Source: Candidatus Omnitrophota bacterium (GTDB lineage Bacteria; Omnitrophota; Gorgyraeia; 2-01-FULL-45-10). From it: 64,000 nucleotides of DNA. The notes beneath the pieces were generated by a model. The model was not told where the DNA came from, ran no database searches, and worked only from the letters and a program-made list of their open reading frames with translations. A program made the position numbers and the translations under genes. The stretch spans positions 20,578 to 84,577 of the forward strand of contig CAIMPC010000073.1 of NCBI GenBank assembly GCA_903843285.1, in the 5' to 3' direction. Positions 45,465-55,424 of this stretch are shown piece by piece. The number at the start of each line of letters is the position of its first letter. Position 1 is the first letter of the stretch.

Positions 45465-45974
45465 ATGAAAAAGCGCACCAGCAGTAAAAGTAATACAGAA
45501 TCAACTCAGGGACTTCCGGCTATAATGGGTCTGATCGGTACTATGCAGCAACAGCTCGCGATTATAGAAAAGAAGATGGACACTCTCATTAATAAATCTT
45601 TGGCAACACCGCCTGCCGAGCGACGTTTTCCCAGGCTCTTCACGCATAGCGCGCCGCATGCACAGTCGCCCCAACGTCGCGATGAGAGACAGGACAATAA
45701 TTTCAGAGAAAGGATTCTGCATAAAGCAGTCTGCGCAGACTGCAAAAAGCAATGCGAAGTGCCTTTTAAGCCTACGGGTGATCGTCCGGTATACTGTAAG
45801 GATTGTTTTTCAAAGCGCAGGATCGACACTTCATTTAATCCCAATGTGGCCAGCACTCACTCTATGCCAAGTATCGCACCTGTGCGGCATCAGGAAAGGG
45901 TCAGAGTAAGCGAAACTGTAAAACCGGAACGGAAGAGGAGTGCGACCTTCAGCAAGAAAAAAAAGCGATCCTAA
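45465..45974 (+). CDS. CxxC-x17-CxxC zinc-ribbon domain protein with low-complexity basic regions
   Basis: 169 aa; CADCKKQCEVPFKPTGDRPVYCKDC (exact CxxC-x17-CxxC spacing). Confidence 0.5.
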   Translation: MKKRTSSKSNTESTQGLPAIMGLIGTMQQQLAIIEKKMDTLINKSLATPPAERRFPRLFTHSAPHAQSPQRRDERQDNNFRERILHKAVCADCKKQCEVPFKPTGDRPVYCKDCFSKRRIDTSFNPNVASTHSMPSIAPVRHQERVRVSETVKPERKRSATFSKKKKRS

Positions 45975-46025
45975 CGAGGCCCAGACAGTTCGGTATTATC
46001 CTGAAAGTAACTAAAATAGCTTGAA

Positions 46026-46057
46026 ATAGTTGTAACTTTATACTACGATAGTTGTAA
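46026..46057. promoter_or_regulatory. Two 10-bp direct repeats ATAGTTGTAA spaced 22 bp, upstream of mntA (candidate antitoxin operator)
   Basis: 46026..46035 and 46048..46057, 14 bp before ATG 46071. Confidence 0.4.
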
Positions 46058-46070
46058 AAAGAGACACTAT

Positions 46071-46646
46071 ATGGTCAGCGTTATTCAAGTGACAAAGTCA
46101 AGATTACGGCAGAAGATATTATCCTATTATTTTACAAATCCTGCAAAGCATCTATACGTAAGGCAACTGGCTTCAATTATTAATGAGGATCCCGGTAATC
46201 TGTCGAAAGAATTAGCCGCTCTCGAAAAGGGAGGGATATTTACTGTCCATATAAAAGGAAATCAAAAGCATTTTTACCTAAATAAGCAATATCCGCTATT
46301 TGGCGAACTCAAATCCATTTTTTTTAAAACCATCGGAGTAGAGGGAAGGTTGAGAGATATAATCATTAAGATGAAAGACATCGAGCTTTCTTTTATATAC
46401 GGTTCCTACGCCGCCAATAACGAGAATGCCGCAAGCGATATCGATTTGCTAATAGTTGGCAAACCCAATGAAGATGAATTGCTTAAAGCCATCGAATCTG
46501 CCGAGCGAATATTGGGCAGAGAAATAAATTATAACGTCTATCCGGAAAAAGAGTTTAAAGAAAAAGTGAAAAGAAATGACAATTTCATCCGGAATATTCT
46601 TGGCAGGCCAAAAATAATGTTAAAGGGAGAGATGCGTGCTATTTAA
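46071..46646 (+). CDS. Nucleotidyltransferase (MNT) with N-terminal wHTH — antitoxin-like MntA
   Basis: 191 aa; GSYA...SDIDLLIVG minimal NTase motif; overlaps HEPN gene by 11 nt. Confidence 0.75.
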   Translation: MVSVIQVTKSRLRQKILSYYFTNPAKHLYVRQLASIINEDPGNLSKELAALEKGGIFTVHIKGNQKHFYLNKQYPLFGELKSIFFKTIGVEGRLRDIIIKMKDIELSFIYGSYAANNENAASDIDLLIVGKPNEDELLKAIESAERILGREINYNVYPEKEFKEKVKRNDNFIRNILGRPKIMLKGEMRAI

Positions 46647-47085
46647 TGACCTGCTTAAAAATGGGCAAATAGTAAAAGAAAATACTACGAAAGAGAAGAT
46701 AGTTGAATTTTTACAGTTTGCGGAGGATGAATTAGCGGCCGCCGAATTTAACTTAAAAAGATTTCCTTTAACAGCGTACAAATGCGCATACGATGCGTTA
46801 ATACACGCAGGTAACGCGCTAATAAGATATTACGGTTACAGGCCAACAGATAAATATACTCATGCCACTATAACGGAATGTGTTGATAGGGTGCTGGGTC
46901 AGGAATGTGGAGATCTTGCGAGGGGGTTTAAGCGAATGCGTAAAAAGAGGCATCCTTTGCAATATGACGCGTTATTTTCCGAATCTCACAAGGAAGTGCA
47001 GGACAGTATAGTCAGGGCAGATAAGCTCATTGCTAAAATAGAAGAACATATTAAGATAAAACCATCGCAAAAAAGATTATTTTAA
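46636..47085 (+). CDS. HEPN-domain protein (HepT-like toxin)
   Basis: 149 aa; helical HEPN fold with R-x5-H motif (RMRKKRH). Confidence 0.7.
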   Translation: MLFNDLLKNGQIVKENTTKEKIVEFLQFAEDELAAAEFNLKRFPLTAYKCAYDALIHAGNALIRYYGYRPTDKYTHATITECVDRVLGQECGDLARGFKRMRKKRHPLQYDALFSESHKEVQDSIVRADKLIAKIEEHIKIKPSQKRLF

Positions 47086-47109
47086 TCTAATCTACAGAGG
47101 AAATAGATA

Positions 47110-47757
47110 ATGATAATAACAAAGCAGAAAGCATTTGAAGAGATACTGAAATCGCTCGATACGAAAAATAAGATATTTATCGTAGGATGCGGGGAATGCT
47201 CAACTGTTTGTAAAACAGGCGGCGAGGATGACGTTAAGAAGATAAAGGAGCTCCTCGAGAAGGAAGGCAAAATTGTTACCGGCTACTGTATTCCTTCGGC
47301 CCCGTGCGTCGCCGGAAAACTTAAAGTGGAGCTCGCGAAGAGCCGTAAGGAGATAGAGGCCTCGAATGCCATTCTGGTATTCGCTTGCGGTCTCGGTATG
47401 CAGTCGGTTAAAGACAATCTGCGCATTGAAAAGCCGATACACGTCGGATGTGACACTCTCTTCATGGGGCAGATAGATTCAAATAACGCGTTTCTCGAGC
47501 GGTGCACTGCGTGCGGTGACTGCGTTCTCGAACTGACCGGCCTTATCTGTCCTGTGACGCGCTGTCCGAAGTCGCTCATGAGCGGACCATGTGGCGGCCA
47601 GAACAATGGCAAGTGCGAAGTCGATAAGGACAAAGACTGCGCATGGATCCTGATATATAACGAACTTAAGAGGCAGAACAAGCTCGATCTATTCAGACAA
47701 CCAAGACCCCCCAAAGATCACTCCAAAAGCCTCAAGCCCCGTAATCTCAAATTATAG
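47110..47757 (+). CDS. Cys-rich protein with methylene-THF reductase C-terminal-like domain (MetV-like)
   Basis: 215 aa; CTACGDC, CPVTRCPKSLMSGPCGG (GPCGG hallmark of MTHFR_C), N-terminal GCGEC cluster. Confidence 0.55.
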   Translation: MIITKQKAFEEILKSLDTKNKIFIVGCGECSTVCKTGGEDDVKKIKELLEKEGKIVTGYCIPSAPCVAGKLKVELAKSRKEIEASNAILVFACGLGMQSVKDNLRIEKPIHVGCDTLFMGQIDSNNAFLERCTACGDCVLELTGLICPVTRCPKSLMSGPCGGQNNGKCEVDKDKDCAWILIYNELKRQNKLDLFRQPRPPKDHSKSLKPRNLKL

Positions 47758-47938
47758 TTATCGTAGACATCTAACCTGGTTAGATATTTTTATATAGCAT
47801 TAAACAGTTGAACGTAGCGGGGGATGCTTGACAAGTCTTCCGAAAATGGTATCGTATAAGTGATCAATTATTGTCCGTAGCCCACGATATTAGGATATCT
47901 CTGCCGTGAGGCGGACAAGATAAGATGAGGGAGACATT

Positions 47939-49108
47939 ATGAGACTTGTATATCTGGATAACAACGCCACAACCAGAATGCGCGAAGAGGTGCTGGAAGC
48001 GATGATGCCGTACTGTAAAGATGTTTACGGTAACGCATCGAGCATACATCGATTTGGCCGTCAGGCGCGCGTGGCTGTGGATAAGGCACGGCAGGAGGTC
48101 GCGAGTCTCTTGGGCGCGTCGAGCCCCGAGGAGATAATATTCACATCCGGCGGAACAGAAGCGGATAATTTTGCCATTAAGGGTGCAGTGCATGCGATGC
48201 GCAAAAAAGGGAATCATATAATTACATCGTCCATCGAGCATAGTGCGGTCCTTAATTCGATGAAAGCACTCGAGAAGGACGGATATAAGATTACATATCT
48301 GCCGGTGGATGGGTACGGCCTTATCAATCCGAACGACGTAAAGAAGGCAATAACGGACAGTACAGTGCTGATATCGATAATGTACGCGAATAACGAAGTC
48401 GGTACAATCGAGCCCATAGAGAAGATGGGGGAAATCGCGAAAGAGAGAGGCGTATACTTTCATACGGATGCCGTCCAGGCTGTCGGCAAGGTAACGTTTC
48501 AAGCGAAGGACTTGCCCGTCGATATCCTATCGATGTCCGCGCATAAAATCTATGGACCGAAAGGCGTTGGAGCCATCTACATTAAGAAATCTACTAAGGT
48601 CGATACGATAATGCATGGTGGGCACCAGGAGATGGGTAGGCGCGCGGGCACAGAGAATGTGCCGGGCATCGTCGGGCTTGGCAGGGCCGCGGAGTTTGCG
48701 AAGAAGGAAGCACAGGAGGAGCCTAAAAGATTATGCGAGCTCAGAGATTACCTGTATAAAAATATAGCCCAAGCTATACCGGATACGAGACTTAACGGGG
48801 AGCCCGAAAAGAGACTGCCTAACACATTGAATATTGGTTTCAAATATCTGGAAGGCGAGTCCATAATGCTGAACATGGATATGGAGGGAATAGCCGTCTC
48901 GACCGGCTCGGCTTGCACTTCCGGGACGCTCGAGCCGTCTCATGTGCTAACGGCGATGGGTATCGATGCGGGTGACGCACAAGGGTCTATAAGGTTTTCA
49001 TTGGGAAGAGATAATACAAAAAAAGATATCGATTATGTGCTGAAGGTACTGCCTCCGATCATACAGAGATTGAGAGACATGTCGCCCCTATATGAGAAAG
49101 GAAAATAA
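47939..49108 (+). CDS. nifS: Cysteine desulfurase (NifS/IscS type, PLP)
   Basis: 389 aa; SAHKIYGPKGVGAIY lysine motif, catalytic SGSACTS loop. Confidence 0.9.
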   Translation: MRLVYLDNNATTRMREEVLEAMMPYCKDVYGNASSIHRFGRQARVAVDKARQEVASLLGASSPEEIIFTSGGTEADNFAIKGAVHAMRKKGNHIITSSIEHSAVLNSMKALEKDGYKITYLPVDGYGLINPNDVKKAITDSTVLISIMYANNEVGTIEPIEKMGEIAKERGVYFHTDAVQAVGKVTFQAKDLPVDILSMSAHKIYGPKGVGAIYIKKSTKVDTIMHGGHQEMGRRAGTENVPGIVGLGRAAEFAKKEAQEEPKRLCELRDYLYKNIAQAIPDTRLNGEPEKRLPNTLNIGFKYLEGESIMLNMDMEGIAVSTGSACTSGTLEPSHVLTAMGIDAGDAQGSIRFSLGRDNTKKDIDYVLKVLPPIIQRLRDMSPLYEKGK

Positions 49109-49110
49109 AG

Positions 49111-49530
49111 ATGGAAGGACAGTATTCAGATCAGGTCATGGAACATTTCCGGAATCCGCGCAACGTGGGTGAGATACCGGACGCGGACGGCATTGGCAAT
49201 GTCGGGAACCCTGTTTGCGGAGATATCATGCGGCTGTATATAAAGGTCGATCCCGCAACTGAGACAATAATCGATGCGAAGTTTAAGACGTTCGGATGTG
49301 GCGCGGCAATAGCGACATCGAGCATGGTGACTGAGCTCGTTAAGGGCAAGACCATAGAGGAGGCCCTTAAGGTCTCTAATCACGCGGTTGCAGAAGCTCT
49401 CGGAGGATTGCCCAAGATAAAGATGCATTGTTCGGTATTGGCTGAACAGGCGCTTACCGGGGCAATAAACGATTACCTTAAGAAACATGGCAAGCCCGTT
49501 GTGGACAAGAAGTTTAAGGATGCACATTAA
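49111..49530 (+). CDS. iscU: Fe-S cluster assembly scaffold (IscU/NifU N-terminal type)
   Basis: 139 aa; three conserved Cys (VGNPVCGD, FGCGAAIA, HCSVLA). Confidence 0.9.
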   Translation: MEGQYSDQVMEHFRNPRNVGEIPDADGIGNVGNPVCGDIMRLYIKVDPATETIIDAKFKTFGCGAAIATSSMVTELVKGKTIEEALKVSNHAVAEALGGLPKIKMHCSVLAEQALTGAINDYLKKHGKPVVDKKFKDAH

Positions 49531-49558
49531 TAAATCCTTTGGGAGAGGCCCCTTATAA

Positions 49559-50107
49559 TTGAAGCATAAGATACGAAGCCATATTAAAGAGAAGATAAGG
49601 TCCTATTCGGCACTTGAAAAATCGAAAAAAAGTGCTATAATACAGGACAGGTTATTTAATGAGGAGGAGTTCAAAAGGGCACAGCTTGTGATGTTTTACG
49701 TCTCGCTTCGGGATGAAGTGAATACGCTTTCGATGATAGACGAGGCGGTAAAGATGGGGAAGAGAGTCTGCGTACCTGTGATACTAAAAGAAGAAAGACG
49801 CTTAATTGCAGGCGAAATAAAGGATAGGGAAAAAGACTTGGAAAGACAGCATTTTGGAATCTACCAACCGATAGTTGGACACGTGAAAGAGGTTCCTTTA
49901 GAAGATATAGACTTGGTTGTGGTGCCGGGCATAGCCTTTGACAAAAATAATGTTAGGCTGGGCCGAGGACATGGCTATTACGACAGGTTTCTATGCTGTC
50001 TTCCTAAAAAGACTAAGACGATAGGCCTGGCCTTCGACTTTCAAGTCTTGGAGTACCTACCCAGAGATTCTCACGACGTTCCCGTCTGGAAAACCATCAC
50101 AGCATAA
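49559..50107 (+). CDS. 5-formyltetrahydrofolate cyclo-ligase
   Basis: 182 aa; VPGIAFDKNNVRLGRGHGYYDR signature. Confidence 0.8.
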   Translation: MKHKIRSHIKEKIRSYSALEKSKKSAIIQDRLFNEEEFKRAQLVMFYVSLRDEVNTLSMIDEAVKMGKRVCVPVILKEERRLIAGEIKDREKDLERQHFGIYQPIVGHVKEVPLEDIDLVVVPGIAFDKNNVRLGRGHGYYDRFLCCLPKKTKTIGLAFDFQVLEYLPRDSHDVPVWKTITA

Positions 50108-50206
50108 CACCGTAAAGAGTGCTAAAGAAGGTTTTTCGATGCACATTAACTTGTGCATCGGGGCATGTTTCTTTGCCTTTTTCGGTTTCAACATAGGGGG
50201 GCATAT

Positions 50207-51781
50207 ATGCAACACCAGGAGATAACTATAATCTACATTGGCCTTGCCGGAATAGCTGCGGTTGCTTTCATTGGGCTGGGGTATTTCATACGCAAGTTTC
50301 ATGCAAAGAGCAAAGTCAGGGCGGCCGAAGATAAAGCTAAAAATATGGTTGAGGCGGCAAGGGGTGATGCCGATAAATTAAAGTATGAGGCAGAGCTTCA
50401 GGCAAAAGATATGCTTCTAAAGCTCAGGACGGAGTTTGAAAAAGAGACTAAGGACCGCCGACAGGAGCTCATAATACTGGAAAAGAGACTCATACAGAAG
50501 GAAGAGAATCTTGATCGGAAAGTAGATATCCTCGACCGAAAGGAAAAGGAAAACGATAGAAGAGACCATACCTTAATCGAGAAAGAGAAGCAGATTATAT
50601 CTAAAGATAAAGAGATGGACAGGTTACTGCAGGAAGAGAAAGAGAAGCTTCAGAATATATCGGGCATGACCAGAGATGAGGCGCGCCAACTGCTCTTGAA
50701 AAAACTTGAAGACGAAGTGAAGCAGGAGGCGGCGATATTTATAAAGCGCAGTGAGGAAGAGGCCAAGGAGAAAGCCGATAAAGAGGCCAGGAAGATCATA
50801 GGTTTAGCTATTCAGCGCTGTGCGGCCGATCATACCGTGGAGACCACGGTAAGTGTAGTCCACCTGCCCAGTGATGAGATGAAAGGCAGGATCATAGGGC
50901 GTGAAGGGCGCAATATACGGGCGCTCGAGATAGCCACGGGTATAGACGTTATAATTGACGATACACCGGAGGCCGTTATACTATCCGGGTTCGATCCGAT
51001 AAAGCGTGAAATAGCGAAGATATCGCTGGAGCGCCTTTTACAGGACGGACGTATCCATCCCGGCAGGATAGAAGAGATAGTCGAGAAGGTTAAGAAGGAG
51101 ATGGAGAACACGATGCGCGAAGAGGGTGAGAAGTCCTTATTTGATACGGGTTTGCACGGCGTTCATCCCGAGATAATAAAACTTTTAGGCCGCTTAAAAT
51201 ACAGAACGAGTTACGGACAGAATGTGTTGCAGCACTCTAAAGAGGTGGCGTATCTGATGGGTGTGATGGCGAGCGAATTAAAGCTGGACTTCACTCTGGC
51301 GAAGAGGATAGGCCTTCTGCATGATATTGGAAAGGCGATAAGCCATGAGGTCGAAGGCACACACTCGAAGCTCGGGGCAGACCTTGCCCGTAAGTACGGC
51401 GAGTCGGAGAACATCTGTCATGCGATAGAGGCGCATCATCAGGATATAGAACCTAAGACACTGCTGGCGGTTCTTGTGCAGGCGGCGGATGCCATCAGCG
51501 CGACCAGGCCGGGCGCCAGACGAGAGACGCTCGAGACATATGTTAAGAGGCTCGAAAAGCTCGAAGCGATAGCGGATTCATTTAAAGGGGTTGCTAAGGC
51601 ATACGCGATACAGGCCGGGCGCGAGATACGCGTAATGGTATTACCGGACAAAGTGACGGATGCTCAGGCCGCCGTCATGGCGCGTGATATCACGAAAAAG
51701 ATCGAAGAGGGGTTAGAGTACCCGGGACAGATCAAAGTTACCGTGGTGCGCGAAACCAGGGCTGTCGAGTACGCAAAATAA
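50207..51781 (+). CDS. rny: Ribonuclease Y
   Basis: N-terminal TM, coiled-coil, KH ([15 protein letters not shown]) and HD domains; SD agggggg before ATG 50207 (ORF-track 50153). Confidence 0.9.
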   Translation: MQHQEITIIYIGLAGIAAVAFIGLGYFIRKFHAKSKVRAAEDKAKNMVEAARGDADKLKYEAELQAKDMLLKLRTEFEKETKDRRQELIILEKRLIQKEENLDRKVDILDRKEKENDRRDHTLIEKEKQIISKDKEMDRLLQEEKEKLQNISGMTRDEARQLLLKKLEDEVKQEAAIFIKRSEEEAKEKADKEARKIIGLAIQRCAADHTVETTVSVVHLPSDEMKGRIIGREGRNIRALEIATGIDVIIDDTPEAVILSGFDPIKREIAKISLERLLQDGRIHPGRIEEIVEKVKKEMENTMREEGEKSLFDTGLHGVHPEIIKLLGRLKYRTSYGQNVLQHSKEVAYLMGVMASELKLDFTLAKRIGLLHDIGKAISHEVEGTHSKLGADLARKYGESENICHAIEAHHQDIEPKTLLAVLVQAADAISATRPGARRETLETYVKRLEKLEAIADSFKGVAKAYAIQAGREIRVMVLPDKVTDAQAAVMARDITKKIEEGLEYPGQIKVTVVRETRAVEYAK

Positions 51782-51824
51782 GGCGGACGAATAGTACCGT
51801 CAAAATAAATAGAACAAGGGGATT

Positions 51825-52610
51825 ATGCGAATATTGTTCATCGGGGACATAGTCGGCTCACCGGGAAGACGCGCTATCGAAGAGCTTGTACCGAAGATCA
51901 CTAAGCGTGAAAACTTAGATTTCGTTATAGCCAATGGTGAGAACACAGCCGCAGGCAGTGGGCTAACGAGCGCGCTGGCGGACCAACTATTAAGCTATGG
52001 CATCGATGTCATAACGTCCGGCGATCACATCTGGAAGAGAAAGGAGATGGTCGAGTCCCTCGGTAGCGATAGAAGAGTGCTTCGACCTGCCAATTACCCT
52101 CCAGGTGCGCCGGGGTTCGGTTATGGCATATTCGAATCGAAGTCGGGAGTCAACGTCGGAGTAATCAATCTGGTAGGACGTGTATTTATGCAGGCTGTGG
52201 AATGCCCATTCCGGACCGTCAAAGAAATAGTCGATAAAATAAAGGACAAGGTCAGGATAATAATAGTCGATATGCATGCCGAAGCTACAAGCGAGAAGAT
52301 CGCGTTAGGATACTTTCTGGATGGACAAGTCAGCGCTGTTCTCGGAACGCACACTCATATACAGACTGCCGACGAGAAGATTTTATCGGGCGGCACCGCA
52401 TTCATCTCTGATGTAGGAATGACAGGTCCGTTCGATGGCGTAATTGGCCGCAAGAAAGAGCAGATCATCCGCCGTTTCCTGTCACAGTTGCCCACGAAGT
52501 TCGAGATGGCCGAGGGAGATATTCAGCTCCATGGCGCTATCATTGACATAGACGATAAGACCGGCAGGGCTAACTCAATAAAGAGGGTCCAGGAGAAGCT
52601 GGGGGAGTGA
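51825..52610 (+). CDS. ymdB: YmdB-like metallophosphoesterase (2',3'-cAMP phosphodiesterase family)
   Basis: 261 aa; MRILFIGDIVG...NGENTA...GDH metallophosphatase motifs; conserved rny partner. Confidence 0.85.
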   Translation: MRILFIGDIVGSPGRRAIEELVPKITKRENLDFVIANGENTAAGSGLTSALADQLLSYGIDVITSGDHIWKRKEMVESLGSDRRVLRPANYPPGAPGFGYGIFESKSGVNVGVINLVGRVFMQAVECPFRTVKEIVDKIKDKVRIIIVDMHAEATSEKIALGYFLDGQVSAVLGTHTHIQTADEKILSGGTAFISDVGMTGPFDGVIGRKKEQIIRRFLSQLPTKFEMAEGDIQLHGAIIDIDDKTGRANSIKRVQEKLGE

Positions 52611-52632
52611 GTTTTTTGCTCTGCGGTACTCA

Positions 52633-52693
52633 GGCGGGATATCTGGTGGCCACCTTCCGCAGTCGCTCCAGGTGGGCCACCAGATATCCCGCC
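52633..52693. repeat. Long near-perfect hairpin (22-bp stem GGCGGGATATCTGGTGGCCACC / GGTGGGCCACCAGATATCCCGCC, 16-nt loop) immediately after ymdB
   Basis: Arms 52633..52654 and 52671..52693; no U-tract, so not a canonical intrinsic terminator. Confidence 0.7.
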
Positions 52694-52746
52694 ATCTGAC
52701 GCATGAGCGCAAAAATTTATCGGAGTGGAGTAATATTTGTAAGACC

Positions 52747-53024
52747 TAAGCCTAAGTTATAGTGAGCATATTGAAAATATTAGGTCTTTTGAGAAGCAAA
52801 AAAAGGGTTTAAAAGAACCGAGGATGCCGCAGTAGTATAAGTGCAGGCGTTATCCGCTATAAGATATCTTTAGTTTAACTATAGAATAAGCAGTGGCGGA
52901 TAATGAGGCCTCCTATGGAGGCCGAGTTCCGCAAGGTTCCCCTTTTTATGCTGAACAAAAGGCCGGTCCTCCTATAGCTAAAGCTTATGGGGAAATATTT
53001 TCAGTGCGAACATAACTTAGGCTT
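52747..53024. repeat. 278-bp element bounded by perfect 14-bp inverted repeats TAAGCCTAAGTTAT / ATAACTTAGGCTTA (MITE-like or structured ncRNA candidate)
   Basis: IRs at 52747..52760 and 53011..53024, each containing tandem CCTAAG; internal hairpins (GGCCTCC-tat-GGAGGCC 52906..52923 followed by T-run; TTATCCGC/GCGGATAA pair). Confidence 0.5.
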
Positions 53025-53045
53025 AGGGATAGTCCGGGTCAACAT

Positions 53046-54278
53046 ATGAAAAGACCTTTTAACGATATTTTGCAAGAGACCAAAGAGAAACATGTTTATA
53101 CAGTTTCAGAGCTGACTAGGTATATTCGTCAGATAATCGAGAGCTCGTTCCCGAATCTATGGGTCGAGGGTGAGATATCGAACTTCGTTCTGCATTCCTC
53201 CGGACACATGTACTTCAGCCTTAAAGACGCCGGCTCGGTTATCCAGTGCGCGATGTTCAAACGCGCGAATGAGCGGCTCAAATTCAAGCCTAAGGACGGA
53301 CAGAAGGTTATCTGTTTAGGTAAGATAAGCGTCTATGAACCTCGGGGCGGTTACCAGCTGATAATTGAGGAGATTGAGCCTAAGGGCATAGGCGCGCTAC
53401 AGCTACAGTTTCAGCAGTTAAAAGAGAGGCTCTTTAAGGAAGGATTATTCGACCAGTCCCACAAAGTTCCGATACCGCACCTGCCCACTAAAATCGGAAT
53501 TGTGACCAGCCCCACAGGCGCAGCTATACGTGACATGCTCAATATTGCCAGACGAAGATACTCGAATGTAGAGATAATAATATATCCGGTCAGAGTGCAA
53601 GGCGATGGAGCGAGGGATGAAATAGCCTTGGCCATCAGAGATTTCAACAAGCTTAAAAATATAGACGTGATGATCATAGGTCGCGGCGGAGGAAGCCTCG
53701 AGGACCTGTGGGCGTTCAATGAAGAAGTAGTAGCCCGCGCAATATACGACTCAGAGATACCGGTCATTAGCGCAGTCGGCCATGAGATAGATTATACGAT
53801 CGCGGATTTTGTAGCGGACCTGCGCGCTCCGACCCCGTCGGCCGCGGCGGAGCTCGTGATCCCCAAAAAAGAAGATCTCGTAAATAGTATTAAGACTAAT
53901 ACCTCGAGGCTGAAGAACGCACTCTTAAATATACTCGATCTTATGACGCACAGGCTCGCTCGCCTTAGAGAGAGCTATGCGCTTAAACAACCGCTTAAGA
54001 GGCTCGAGCAGTATGAGCAGATGATAGACGATCTCGGTAAAGATATGTCTATACGTTTGGAACACTTGGTAAAGATGCGGTTCGAAAGCCTTAATCTATT
54101 GACGCAGAAGCTGGAGGCATTAAGCCCGTTATCGATATTAAATCGCGGATATAGCATTTCGTCGCGGCTCTCAGATGGTAGAATCATAAAGAGCATAGTT
54201 GATATTAGTGCGGGCGACAGGATCGAAACTAAACTTGGTAAGGGTAAATTTATAAGCAAAGTCGAGGAGGTAGGATGA
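53046..54278 (+). CDS. xseA: Exodeoxyribonuclease VII large subunit
   Basis: 410 aa; OB-fold N-terminus and catalytic domain. Confidence 0.9.
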   Translation: MKRPFNDILQETKEKHVYTVSELTRYIRQIIESSFPNLWVEGEISNFVLHSSGHMYFSLKDAGSVIQCAMFKRANERLKFKPKDGQKVICLGKISVYEPRGGYQLIIEEIEPKGIGALQLQFQQLKERLFKEGLFDQSHKVPIPHLPTKIGIVTSPTGAAIRDMLNIARRRYSNVEIIIYPVRVQGDGARDEIALAIRDFNKLKNIDVMIIGRGGGSLEDLWAFNEEVVARAIYDSEIPVISAVGHEIDYTIADFVADLRAPTPSAAAELVIPKKEDLVNSIKTNTSRLKNALLNILDLMTHRLARLRESYALKQPLKRLEQYEQMIDDLGKDMSIRLEHLVKMRFESLNLLTQKLEALSPLSILNRGYSISSRLSDGRIIKSIVDISAGDRIETKLGKGKFISKVEEVG

Positions 54279-54279
54279 T

Positions 54280-54582
54280 ATGGCGGCTGAAATAAAATTC
54301 GAGGAAGCTCTGAAGAAGCTGGAGAAGATCGTGCAGGATCTCGAGGATGGAGACCTCCCTCTCGATGAGGCGCTCGAAAAGTATGAGGAGGGCATAAAAC
54401 TGTCGAAGACCTGCGCGAAGAAATTGGAGACGGCTAAAAAGAAGGTCGAGATATTATTGAAGAACGAAGACGGCTCAGTGGAGCTGAAAGAGTTCGATGA
54501 GTCATCGGATGAGGAAGATGAAAAACCGCAGGAACCAAGAAGGAAAAGGGCAAAGCTCGGTTCCAGAGAAGGGTTGTTATAA
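54280..54582 (+). CDS. xseB: Exodeoxyribonuclease VII small subunit (with charged C-terminal extension)
   Basis: 100 aa; FEEALKKLEKIVQDLEDGDLPLDEALEKYEEGIKL. Confidence 0.85.
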   Translation: MAAEIKFEEALKKLEKIVQDLEDGDLPLDEALEKYEEGIKLSKTCAKKLETAKKKVEILLKNEDGSVELKEFDESSDEEDEKPQEPRRKRAKLGSREGLL

Positions 54583-54585
54583 TAA

Positions 54586-55423
54586 GGTGGCCAAAAGTCT
54601 AAAGAGTTACATAGAAGATTCGAGGAGCCTCATCGACAAGGCGCTCGACAAGTATCTTCCCGAAATAGACCATGAGCCGAAGACGATCCACAGGGCCATA
54701 AGATACAGCGTCTTTTCCGGAGGTAAACGCATACGCCCGATAATCGTACTGGAGGCATGTAAAACTTGCATGCCCAGACGGCATCATTTCGCGGATGCGC
54801 TCGTTATTGCCTCGGCCATAGAGATGGTCCATACCTATTCGCTCATCCACGACGATCTTCCCTCTATGGATGACGATGACTACAGGCGCGGTAAGCCGAC
54901 AGTCCATAAAAAATTTGGCGAAGCCAACGCGATACTTGCCGGGGATGCGCTATTAACGCTCGCATTTAATGTCATATCGAAATGTCTCGATGCCAGGACC
55001 GGCTTTACCGCTGTAAAGAAATTGTCCGAAGCTATCGGTACATACGGGATGGTCGGCGGCCAAGCGATGGATATCAGCTTTAAAAATAAACGCATCAGCG
55101 CATTTACGCAAAAGCGTATAAATAATCTGAAGACGGCTAAGCTGTTTGAGGTGTCGGCTAAGTTGGGTGCAATAGCCGCCGGTACAAGCGATAAGAAGAT
55201 CAGGGCTATGGCGGAGTTTGGAGAGTCGGTAGGCTCGGCATTTCAACTCGTAGACGATATTATGGACAGCGATAACTTTTCCACTCCTTCGCTCGAGGCT
55301 CTTAAGATAAGGGCATTGGCGGGTGATGCGACCATTAAGGCGATAAGCGCTCTCGAGGTGTTCGGTTCAGATGCCGACAGACTTAGAGAGATCGCTGACT
55401 TTATGTTGAAGAGACGAATCTGA
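54586..55423 (+). CDS. ispA: Polyprenyl (farnesyl/geranylgeranyl) diphosphate synthase
   Basis: LIHDDLPSMDDDDYRRGKPT first DDxxD motif, second FQLVDDIMD; start ambiguous (GTG 54586 after xseB stop, or in-frame ATGs 54497/54518 overlapping xseB). Confidence 0.85.
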
Positions 55424-55424
55424 T

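Noticed and set aside
52611-53045. RNase P RNA, tmRNA or SRP RNA in the ymdB-xseA spacer
   Set aside because: Conserved cores (GGAAAGTCCGGGCTCC / ACAGAACCCGGCTTA; tmRNA T-arm GGTTCGA..CCA and tag ORF; SRP AGGTCCGGAAGGAAGCAGC) are absent on both strands. Only a chance AGTCCGGG match sits at 53031.
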